Shown one piece after another: positions 9,487 through 16,963 of a stretch of 64,000 nt of DNA. Below the pieces are notes generated by a model. That model had not been told where the DNA came from. It did not search any database and saw only the letters and a program-made list of their open reading frames with translations. The stretch is taken from positions 14,629-78,628 of the forward strand of contig NYZP01000019.1 in assembly GCA_002687175.1 (NCBI GenBank), written 5' to 3'. This DNA is from Parcubacteria group bacterium. GTDB lineage: Bacteria; Patescibacteriota; Patescibacteriia; Buchananbacterales; UBA6539. Numbering within the stretch: position 1 is the first letter of the stretch; every line of letters starts with the position of its first letter. The position numbers were made by a program, and so were the translations under genes.

Positions 9487-9712
9487 ACATGGAATCCTTG
9501 AGGCCGTTACAGGCAGTGACGGGGTCGGATTAGCTAAGTTGCGGTATTTCACACCATTGCTGGTTACCCTCCCGAGGAGGACAATTGCGACTAGCTGTTT
9601 CCCAGAGAAAACAGTTCACAGTCTCCCGCATATTCTAGGAAGTAGCCATCCCCTCAATAGGACCAATGCTAGGGATTCGAACCCTAGTACGACCAACCAC
9701 TGTTTCCATGAT
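9452..9712 (-). ncRNA. putative novel structured ncRNA with a 23S L1-stalk mimic and a tRNA T-arm
   Basis: GC-rich intergenic unit between a promoter and a terminator. Terminal stem CAUGGAA/UUCCAUG; CAGUGG..GGUCG/CGACC..UCACUG; CUAGGG-UUCGAAU-CCCUAG; UAGAAUAUGCGGGAGACUGUGAA...AGUC...GUGAAAUACCGCA. Confidence 0.8.
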
Positions 9713-9718
9713 GCTAAG

Positions 9719-9747
9719 ATATTATTCTAAATTTTAAAAAAAGTCAA
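9719..9747 (-). promoter_or_regulatory. sigma70-type promoter for the ncRNA
   Basis: TTGACT (9747-9742), N17, TAATAT (9724-9719). The predicted TSS near 9712 falls at the start of the closing stem. Confidence 0.6.
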
Positions 9748-9751
9748 GGAT

Positions 9752-9787
9752 AAAAAAAGGCCCAACTACGTTAATTCGTAGTCGGGC
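9752..9787 (-). terminator. intrinsic terminator of the 10881-9805 operon
   Basis: GCCCGACUACG-AAUUAA-CGUAGUUGGGC followed by C and U7 on the minus strand. Confidence 0.85.
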
Positions 9788-9804
9788 TTAATGGTTGTAC
9801 GGAT

Positions 9805-10035
9805 TTACAACTCTATTCCTTGTTGCTCCGCCCATTCTCCTAGGGTCAGGTCTCCAGTGTGTTCTTCGTAGAAACCAAACTCTGGATATTCCGTTATACT
9901 GGGATTCTGCTTGGCCTTCTTAAGGGCTTCAACTTTTTTATCGCATTTAGCGACAACCAGTTCTTGCCACTCTTCTTCCGTGTCGATAACTTCACCGACC
10001 TGTCCGGAAAAACCAAATTTTGGCCACTTTGCCAT
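9805..10035 (-). CDS. hypothetical protein
   Basis: 76 aa, AAGGAG SD upstream, last gene before the terminator. Confidence 0.7.
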   Translation of the reverse strand: MAKWPKFGFSGQVGEVIDTEEEWQELVVAKCDKKVEALKKAKQNPSITEYPEFGFYEEHTGDLTLGEWAEQQGIEL

Positions 10036-10053
10036 TGCACGCTCCTTTCTGGT

Positions 10054-10332
10054 CTAGTCAAAAACCTCGTAGACCTTCTTGGCTTCCAGAAGAATTCCAT
10101 GCCTGCGCGCTATCAAAAGTACGAACTCCTCGGTCAAGTTGCGACCGCCGGTGGTAGTGCGATTATGCTCCTCTACACCGTTGAAGAATTCATCTTGCTC
10201 GGGATCAAAGCATGGCTCTTCAGGATCTCCTTTGGTTAGATCCCATACCTGGACAAAAGCACCAACGGCCGGATGGTGATCGACACCAAACGCCATGGCA
10301 AACTGTGGGCCACTGACAACTTCGCGACTCAT
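10054..10332 (-). CDS. hypothetical protein
   Basis: AAGGAG SD 7 nt upstream of the ATG at 10332 (MSREVV...). Confidence 0.7.
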   Translation of the reverse strand: MSREVVSGPQFAMAFGVDHHPAVGAFVQVWDLTKGDPEEPCFDPEQDEFFNGVEEHNRTTTGGRNLTEEFVLLIARRHGILLEAKKVYEVFD

Positions 10333-10350
10333 TGGCAATCTCCTTCTCGG

Positions 10351-10881
10351 TTAAACCAGAATTAAATTCCGGTTAAGTTTGATTCTGCTGCCTTGAGGAA
10401 TCTTTTTAAATTCCTTTTTATACGTTGCATACTGTATTGCGGTCTGGTACCAAGTTGACCAACGAAGTTCATAATCACGGCCAGCTGGGTCGTAAATTCT
10501 TTTCAACTCTTCCTTGAGTTTACGCCCGTACCAGCAATTCCTGGCAAAGGCTAAGCCGAGGAGCCAGTAGGCTGGTTCCAAGGTTAATGGCCCGGCAGGA
10601 ACTGCGGGTATGGAAACTTCACCAGTGACCCAGGTTCTGTTTATCGGCGCGCCGATAAAGTGCCTGGCTATAACCACGTTTCTCCCGGCAGCTTTTATTC
10701 CTTCGGCAAAGCTTAAGATGCAGCGATGCCGTGGCATCCATCCACCGAGTGCTTCGCCTAACTCTTTGGCTGGGTCAAAAAACCAAGCCTCACCGCGGGC
10801 GTTAGTCACCAGTACTGAACGCTCATGTTGAGCAAATCCACTTCTAACAATAATGATCTGGTTCTTCAGTCTCTGTTTCAT
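10351..10881 (-). CDS. hypothetical protein
   Basis: GGAGG SD 8 nt upstream of the ATG at 10881 (MKQRLK...). Trp/Arg-rich, no family recognised. Confidence 0.7.
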   Translation of the reverse strand: MKQRLKNQIIIVRSGFAQHERSVLVTNARGEAWFFDPAKELGEALGGWMPRHRCILSFAEGIKAAGRNVVIARHFIGAPINRTWVTGEVSIPAVPAGPLTLEPAYWLLGLAFARNCWYGRKLKEELKRIYDPAGRDYELRWSTWYQTAIQYATYKKEFKKIPQGSRIKLNRNLILV

Positions 10882-11087
10882 TCCAATATCCTCCGTCAAG
10901 CTCCCACTTGAAAGAAGGAGCTGGTGTTGTTGTGCAAACAGGTTGTAAGGTACTTCACTAAATACGTCAGAATTCGCAATACTAATTTACCTGGTTTAGA
11001 TTCTATATTGTTAGCTATATTTTTAGCTAGATAGAATACTAAAAGTTAATATTTTAGGTAAAAAAATAAGCGAATATCAAACAATTC

Positions 11088-11116
11088 ACTATACACTATT
11101 TTACCAATTTTGTCAA
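11088..11116 (-). promoter_or_regulatory. sigma70-type promoter for the three-gene orphan operon
   Basis: TTGACA (11116-11111), N17, TATAGT (11093-11088). Confidence 0.6.
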
Positions 11117-11487
11117 TGTTTTGTATCTCTTTTCTTCTGTATTAACTGCAAAACAATAAAGGCAATAATACCAAGGGCATCAATACCAACATCCATAATA
11201 CTACCAACACGTCCCAGAACAAAAGATTGATGCCATTCATCAAAGCCGGCATATCCAATGGCAAAAATAAAAGCGACGAATAATGATCGCTTGATGCCTA
11301 GACCAATACCTTTGAATGCATTAAATACTAAATAGGCTAAAACAAAAAATTCTGCACCATGGGCAATTTTTCGAAAAATTAAATCCCAGACTGGCTGTAG
11401 TTCTGATTTTAAATCTGGTTGAGCTGACAGAAAATAGATCAAGTGCATCCAAAAGTAGATGAGTACAAAGTTGATTATTTTTTTCAT
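11113..11487 (-). CDS. vanZ: VanZ family protein
   Basis: RKIAHGAEF and DEWHQSFVLGRVGSIMDVGID motifs. Confidence 0.92.
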   Translation of the reverse strand: MKKIINFVLIYFWMHLIYFLSAQPDLKSELQPVWDLIFRKIAHGAEFFVLAYLVFNAFKGIGLGIKRSLFVAFIFAIGYAGFDEWHQSFVLGRVGSIMDVGIDALGIIAFIVLQLIQKKRDTKH

Positions 11488-11526
11488 ACAATTAAAGCTT
11501 AGTAAAAATAGAAATATAGTTCAAAA

Positions 11527-11663
11527 AAATTTAAAATTCAAAATTTCAAATTTCAAATAAATTACAAATACCAATGATCAAAACTTAAAAATAATGATGA
11601 AAGTATATTTGTAATTTTGGATTTTGGATTTATTTAGAATTTGTAATTTTGGTTTTTGGATTT
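11527..11663. repeat. imperfect inverted repeat built of 7-nt units
   Basis: A ~56-nt arm of AAATTTC/AAAATTC-like heptamers (11527-11582) mirrors an arm of TTTGGAT/TTTGTAA-like heptamers (11608-11663). Confidence 0.65.
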
Positions 11664-12817
11664 AACCCATTATAAATCTCATCAAGCTGCTCCCCAATAA
11701 TCTTCCAGTCATATTTGGCCTTAACTTTACGTCGGCCAGCTTTGCCAAATTGTAATGCTTCGTCTGTGTCAGTCAATAAATAATTAATCTTATCGGCTAA
11801 TCCTTCAACATCTTTTGGTTTAACTAATAAACCATTAACATCTTGAGTGACCACACTACGAACACCAACCAAATCAGAAGCAATCACTGGTTTACCACAA
11901 GCCATTCCTTCAACCAAGGCTAAACCAAAAGCTTCGGACTTATCTATAGACGGTAATACTACAACGTTGGCTAAATTGTAATACTTTGGTAAATCTTCAT
12001 TGGAGACGTATCCAGTAAACACGGTCTTAAATTCCATTTTAAATTGAGAGGCTAAATTAAAATATTCTTCTTTTAATTCTCCAGAACCGACGATTACCAG
12101 CTTCCAACTATAAGTCGTGTCACGTAAACGGCTCATTGCTTCAATTAAACCTTCTATGCCTTTAAAGTAATGAGCTTTATCTAAACCACCAACAAATAAC
12201 ACAACTTTATCTTCTGGTTTAATTTCATGTTTGGACATTAAAGTCTGACTTTTGTCTTGTGGCTGAAAATTACTTGTATCAACACCATTAGGTACTTCAA
12301 TAAACTTGTTTGGCTCTTTAGCCGCCAACTTGGCTAAGTCAGAATTTTTACCATAATCCATGGAGGTAAAAATAACTTTATCAACCATCTTAACAATCCT
12401 AGGTAATAACAAGATTTTATGAATTTTAAAAATTAATTTGAATAAACCTTCACCAACCACGTCCATGTGATAGTGCAAGACAATTTTTGCTCCCCGCTTT
12501 TTAAACTTGCGTTTATAAAACCAGATAGTTTCCGCTCCACCAAAAAAGGGATAGTGAAGATGAATAATATTAAAGTCCTTAAGCATCCAATGTAAGGCCG
12601 GGACAAAGGCGGCATTACCATACTTAAGAAGCGGCTTAATCCGCTTGATTTTTAGCTCTGTAAGCTCCTCTTTAAAGTCTTTGGCCTTATTATACTGTGG
12701 GGTGAAAATAGTGACGTCATGGCCTAATTTTGCCAGTTCCAGAGCATTTGAGGCAGCGACATTACCAATACCACCAGCATATGGCGGAAGAGTTGGCGTG
12801 ATAATAGCAATCTTCAT
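11630..12817 (-). CDS. GT4 family glycosyltransferase
   Basis: MKIAII...YAGGIG N-terminus, PNGVD, EAFGLALVEGMACG. Confidence 0.93.
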   Translation of the reverse strand: MKIAIITPTLPPYAGGIGNVAASNALELAKLGHDVTIFTPQYNKAKDFKEELTELKIKRIKPLLKYGNAAFVPALHWMLKDFNIIHLHYPFFGGAETIWFYKRKFKKRGAKIVLHYHMDVVGEGLFKLIFKIHKILLLPRIVKMVDKVIFTSMDYGKNSDLAKLAAKEPNKFIEVPNGVDTSNFQPQDKSQTLMSKHEIKPEDKVVLFVGGLDKAHYFKGIEGLIEAMSRLRDTTYSWKLVIVGSGELKEEYFNLASQFKMEFKTVFTGYVSNEDLPKYYNLANVVVLPSIDKSEAFGLALVEGMACGKPVIASDLVGVRSVVTQDVNGLLVKPKDVEGLADKINYLLTDTDEALQFGKAGRRKVKAKYDWKIIGEQLDEIYNGLNPKTKITNSK

Positions 12818-12976
12818 AATTTTACTTAGTTATTCTAACCTATATTTTAATAAATATCAATGATTTTAGCTAAAATTAGCTACTTATTCTCACTATCTAT
12901 TGACAAAATATTAAAAAGTGGAAACAAAAATCACAAACAAATACATCCGCAAGGATGAAAACAAGGAGAATGCCTT

Positions 12977-13249
12977 ATGGCAATTACTGCTGATGACACC
13001 CGTGTTGGGAATGGCAAAGTGACTGATGAAGAGTCAACCGTAGTCTGCCCTTGCTGCGCGGGAATCATGACGGAAGACCCTGACACCCCGAACGGTATGG
13101 GTGTCAAGGGCTACTATGATTGTCCGGTGTGTGGCTTTAGTCACGAGAGTTACCTGCATACGCAGGGAGAAGACGCCGAGATAATACGCCGGGGAGTGGT
13201 CTATATGGACAAACTCGCGGCGGAAGCAGAAAAGGGACGAGGATCTTAG
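12977..13249 (+). CDS. small zinc-ribbon protein
   Basis: CPCC...CPVCG motif pair, AAGGAG SD at 12963-12968, GC-richer than the flanks. Confidence 0.7.
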   Translation: MAITADDTRVGNGKVTDEESTVVCPCCAGIMTEDPDTPNGMGVKGYYDCPVCGFSHESYLHTQGEDAEIIRRGVVYMDKLAAEAEKGRGS

Positions 13250-13311
13250 CGAATGCTCGATCTTATCGAGAACTCCGAAGAAAGACCCTAAGCTGCCTCT
13301 CCCCCCCCCGG

Positions 13312-13355
13312 ACCCCACCTGATCACGAAAAGTGTGACGGTGGGGTTCTTTTTTT
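13312..13355 (+). terminator. intrinsic terminator
   Basis: ACCCCACC...GGTGGGGT stem followed by TCTTTTTTT. Confidence 0.7.
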
Positions 13356-13453
13356 ACCTAAAATTATTAAATTAAAATCATTGGATGAATTTAAAACAAT
13401 CTGCTATAATACAAACGCTAAAAAATAATAATTTATTAAGAAAGGATAAAACA

Positions 13454-14017
13454 ATGATTAAAATAAATGAACAAATTCCTGATTTAGAGTTTGAAATATT
13501 TCATAATGATGAAGAAAAAAAAGCTAAGTTATCTGACTATAAAGGCAAATGGTTAATTTTAGTATTTTACCCGGCAGATTTTACTTTTATTTGCCCCACT
13601 GAATTACAAGAGCTAGCTAAACATTATGAGGAATTTAAAAAATTAGATGCCGAAATTATCAGTGTTAGTACTGATACTGTCTTTGTTCATAAAGCCTGGC
13701 ATGATAATTCCGAGGCAATTAAGCAAGTACAATACCCAATGGCGGCTGACCCAACTGGAAAAATTTGTCGTGCCTTTGGAACTTACATTGAAGACGAGGG
13801 GCTTTCATTGCGAGGTAGTTTTATTATCGACCCTGATGGTTATCTAAAATCTTCCGAAATTCACGATAACAGCATTGGCCGAAGTGCCAAAGAACTCTTA
13901 CGAACTCTTCAGGCTGCTAAATTTGTCAAGGAACACAAGGGACAGGTGTGTCCGGCCAGCTGGGAACCAGGCGAAGATACCTTAGAACCAGGTATGGATC
14001 TTGTGGGTAAAATATAA
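13454..14017 (+). CDS. ahpC: 2-Cys peroxiredoxin (alkyl hydroperoxide reductase C)
   Basis: FYPADFTFICPTE and VCPASW motifs. AAGGA SD before the ATG at 13454; TGCTATAAT at 13402-13410. Confidence 0.95.
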   Translation: MIKINEQIPDLEFEIFHNDEEKKAKLSDYKGKWLILVFYPADFTFICPTELQELAKHYEEFKKLDAEIISVSTDTVFVHKAWHDNSEAIKQVQYPMAADPTGKICRAFGTYIEDEGLSLRGSFIIDPDGYLKSSEIHDNSIGRSAKELLRTLQAAKFVKEHKGQVCPASWEPGEDTLEPGMDLVGKI

Positions 14018-14046
14018 ATATACCTCACAAATAAAATTAACATCGT

Positions 14047-15162
14047 ATGAGCGCTAAAAATCAAATTTCTAATCTCCTGGCAAAAGCTGATGTTAAAATT
14101 AACGGAAAACGTTCGTGGGATATTCAAGTAAAAAACGAGGCTTTGTACAGTCGATTAATGTCGCAAGGTTCAATGGGCCTCGGTGAATCGTACATGGATG
14201 GCTGGTGGGAATCTGCTGAGCTGGATGAATTTTTTTCTAAAATTTTATCTGCTGATTTAAGTTCACAGATTAAACCAAGTCCGGCATTAATCTTTTCTTA
14301 CCTTAGGAGTAAAATGTTCAACCTACAGAAAAGCTCTCGAGCTTTCCAGATTGGCGAAAGACACTACGATGTCGGCAATGATTTGTACCAAGTAATGCTG
14401 GATAAACGAATGGTTTACACTTGTGCTTATTGGGACAAAGGGGCAAAAAATCTAGATGCTGCCCAGGAAGATAAACTTGATCTAGTTTGTAAAAAAATGA
14501 AATTTAAAAAGGGCCAGCGGGTATTAGATATTGGCTGTGGCTGGGGTAGTTTTGCTAAATATGCCGCTGAAAAATGTGGCGTCAAGGTTGTTGGGGTAAC
14601 AGTGTCTAAAAATCAAGTAAAATTGGGGAACAAATTATGCAAAGGCTTACCAGTTGAATTAAGACTGCAAGATTATCGCGAACTAAATGAAAAATTTGAC
14701 CACATTGTATCCTTGGGAATGTTTGAACATGTTGGTAAAAAAAATTATAGAACATACATGGAGGTGGCTTCAAGAAACTTAAAAGATAATGGACTTTTTT
14801 TACTACAAACTATTGGTAGTAATTTATCAACCAAATCACTCGATCCCTGGATTGAAAAATATATTTTTCCTAATTCAATTCTGCCATCAATCTCAGAAAT
14901 TGCCAAAGCCTCCGAGAATATATTCATCATGGAAGATTGGCACAATTTCTCTTATGATTATTATCTAACTCTAAAAAGCTGGTTTAATAATTTTGATTCA
15001 CACTGGGATGAACTTAAACAAAATTATGATCAACGGTTTTACAATATGTGGAAGTATTACTTAAAATCAACCGCCGGTGGTTTTAAGTCCCGTTCTATCC
15101 AGCTGTGGCAAGTAGTACTGTCTAAGCACGGTGTTACTGGTGGTTACAAGTCGGTGAGGTAA
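14047..15162 (+). CDS. cfa: cyclopropane-fatty-acyl-phospholipid synthase
   Basis: GLGESYMDGWW, HYDVGNDLY, YTCAYW, VLDIGCGWG, GMFEHVG and WIEKYIFP motifs. Confidence 0.95.
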   Translation: MSAKNQISNLLAKADVKINGKRSWDIQVKNEALYSRLMSQGSMGLGESYMDGWWESAELDEFFSKILSADLSSQIKPSPALIFSYLRSKMFNLQKSSRAFQIGERHYDVGNDLYQVMLDKRMVYTCAYWDKGAKNLDAAQEDKLDLVCKKMKFKKGQRVLDIGCGWGSFAKYAAEKCGVKVVGVTVSKNQVKLGNKLCKGLPVELRLQDYRELNEKFDHIVSLGMFEHVGKKNYRTYMEVASRNLKDNGLFLLQTIGSNLSTKSLDPWIEKYIFPNSILPSISEIAKASENIFIMEDWHNFSYDYYLTLKSWFNNFDSHWDELKQNYDQRFYNMWKYYLKSTAGGFKSRSIQLWQVVLSKHGVTGGYKSVR

Positions 15163-15184
15163 AATATTGTTCATAACATTACCA

Positions 15185-15282
15185 TTTGTCATTGCGAACC
15201 CCGCGTATGCGGGGTGAAGCAATCTCTGTCTATAGAGATTGCCACGTCGTCCCGCTAAAGCGGGACTCCTCGCAATGACAAA
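15185..15282. repeat. REP-like cloverleaf palindromic element
   Basis: 13-bp terminal inverted repeat TTTGTCATTGCGA/TCGCAATGACAAA enclosing three hairpins: ACCCCGC/GCGGGGT, GCAATCTCT/AGAGATTGC and GTCCCGC/GCGGGAC. Confidence 0.85.
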
Positions 15283-15293
15283 AAGAAAAGAAT

Positions 15294-15605
15294 ATGCCTT
15301 TTATTACTGTTTACACAACCAATAAAAACTTGGCGGAAGCTAAAAAAATTGCTAACTCTTTACTTAAACAAAAGCTGATTGCTTGTGCGAATTTTTTTCC
15401 AATCAAGAATATGTATTGGTGGAAAGGTAAAATAGAAAATGATAATGAAGTTGTCAGTATTTTAAAAACTCGTAAAGAAAATTGGAATAAAGTAAAAAAC
15501 CAAATAAAAAAACTTCATTCTTATGAAGTCCCGTGTATTGAAAAATTTAATGTTAGCGCTAACAAAGATTACGAAAACTGGATTATCAAATCTACCAAAA
15601 AATAA
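15294..15605 (+). CDS. cutA: divalent-cation tolerance protein CutA
   Basis: LIACAN, YWWKGKIE, HSYEVPCI. Confidence 0.95.
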   Translation: MPFITVYTTNKNLAEAKKIANSLLKQKLIACANFFPIKNMYWWKGKIENDNEVVSILKTRKENWNKVKNQIKKLHSYEVPCIEKFNVSANKDYENWIIKSTKK

Positions 15606-16644
15606 TTTTTCTAATTATTTGCCAATACAAATTAAAGATTGGGTTGGCAACATACTTTAACAACGGATTCTGAACATCTTGAAAATCTATTGTGCCGACA
15701 AACCGTTTGGTAATTTTTTTATCACTAACCTCCCTAATTTTTTGAGCCTTAGTTCTGGCTTTAGATATTTTTATCCAATTAATTGGATTTAAAAAATAGC
15801 CATAAACTTTTAAAAGCTCCCACCACCAACCACTAAAGAATGAATAAAAAAACATTGCTACACTCATTAAAAGACAGGCTGGGGTAATTAAAATCAGCGT
15901 TGGGAGTTTATAATTTTGCAAAATAATTAAATAGCGATTTCGTTCCATCAAATAAAACTTTTTGATGCTTCGGGAGAACTGATACTTATGATAAACAATT
16001 GATTCTGGTGCCAACATTATTTTATAGTCAGCCAATCTCAAGCGCCAACCAAGATCACTGTCCTCGTGATAAGCAAAAAAATCGGGATTAAAAAACCCGA
16101 CTTTTTTTAAAGAATAAACACGTAGCAACACACTTGCTCCGGAAGGATAGGTTATTTCTTTAGATTCCATTTCAGAATCTGGTTTTCGATAGCCACCAGC
16201 AAAACCAAATCCCAGATAATGAGTTTCATTACCGATGCTGTTAATTTTATCTTTGTCAGGATGCAGTAATAACTTTGATTGAACTGCACCAATTTTATGA
16301 TCACTGTCTGCCACGGCCACTGCTTTTTCTAAAAAATCTGGCTCTACTATCGTATCTTGATTTAATAAATAGACATAGTCAAAAGCATAGTCAACGGCAT
16401 ACTGTAAACCCATATTATTAGCGTGAGCAAAGCCATAATTTTTTTGATTTTCCAACAGTTTAAGTGCCCCCCAATTATTTTTTACATAATCAACTGAACC
16501 ATCGGTGGAACCATTATCAACCAAAAAAAACTCATACCTACCGCGTTCGTAGGTAATCTTTGATAAGCTAGTTAAACAATCGCGGAGATAATCCGCGCCG
16601 TTATATATTACAATTACTATTAAAACTCTTTTAGGGTTTATCAT
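15592..16644 (-). CDS. GT2 family glycosyltransferase (rhamnosyltransferase-like)
   Basis: VDNGSTDGS, NYGFAHANN, LLNQD, FFAYHEDSD. Confidence 0.9.
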   Translation of the reverse strand: MINPKRVLIVIVIYNGADYLRDCLTSLSKITYERGRYEFFLVDNGSTDGSVDYVKNNWGALKLLENQKNYGFAHANNMGLQYAVDYAFDYVYLLNQDTIVEPDFLEKAVAVADSDHKIGAVQSKLLLHPDKDKINSIGNETHYLGFGFAGGYRKPDSEMESKEITYPSGASVLLRVYSLKKVGFFNPDFFAYHEDSDLGWRLRLADYKIMLAPESIVYHKYQFSRSIKKFYLMERNRYLIILQNYKLPTLILITPACLLMSVAMFFYSFFSGWWWELLKVYGYFLNPINWIKISKARTKAQKIREVSDKKITKRFVGTIDFQDVQNPLLKYVANPIFNLYWQIIRKIIFW

Positions 16645-16963
16645 TAATATCTTTTAAAGCAGTATTTCGAACAACTTTAGTAATTTCTTTATCTATTTTT
16701 TCTAGCTTCACAATAATACGAAAAACAATAAAAAACAAGGTGATAACTGATAAGTACACTAATAGGTCGGCTCCTCGTTCAACACCTAGATACTGAGAGA
16801 TAGTATCGGTTTGTTGTGGTACCAAAGTAACTCCCACGACTAGCAACCAAAAAACTGTCCAAATAACCACTTCCCGGCTGGTGATCTCAGCTGCTTTAAA
16901 TCTAACAAAAGTACGCCACAGCACAAAAGCCGCAAAAATAATTATAATAACTTTAATAATCAT
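16631..16963 (-). CDS. DUF2304 family membrane protein
   Basis: LGVERGADLLVY and KEITKVVR pattern; ATGA-coupled to a DPM1-like GT2, the usual pairing. Confidence 0.8.
   Translation of the reverse strand: MIIKVIIIIFAAFVLWRTFVRFKAAEITSREVVIWTVFWLLVVGVTLVPQQTDTISQYLGVERGADLLVYLSVITLFFIVFRIIVKLEKIDKEITKVVRNTALKDINDKP

Noticed and set aside
9500-9570. Cobalamin riboswitch (GGTGTGAAATACC...CCCCGTCACTG resemblance)
   Set aside because: It lacks the GGGAA and AGYCAG/GACC B12-box elements, and no same-strand gene lies downstream to regulate.
9532-9647. 23S rRNA gene or fragment
   Set aside because: Similarity is limited to the L1 stalk. The flanking 23S helices are absent, stems are compensatorily changed and extra hairpins are inserted.
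9669-9687. tRNA gene
   Set aside because: Only a T-arm is present; there is no acceptor stem, anticodon arm or CCA in the right positions.
9539-9730. 63-aa plus-strand ORF
   Set aside because: TTG start, no SD, antisense to the structured RNA; likely spurious.
9859-10831. Overlapping plus-strand and alternative-frame ORFs in the orphan operon
   Set aside because: The minus-strand ORFs have SD sequences and tile the region cleanly; the others are shadows.
12900-12930. TTGACA promoter for the zinc-ribbon gene
   Set aside because: No acceptable -10 element at 16-18 nt spacing.
13385-13453. N-terminal extension of AhpC (likewise the longer starts listed for the ORFs at 818, 8279, 16993 and 49396)
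   Set aside because: These overlap promoters or upstream genes; the downstream ATGs match family N-termini.
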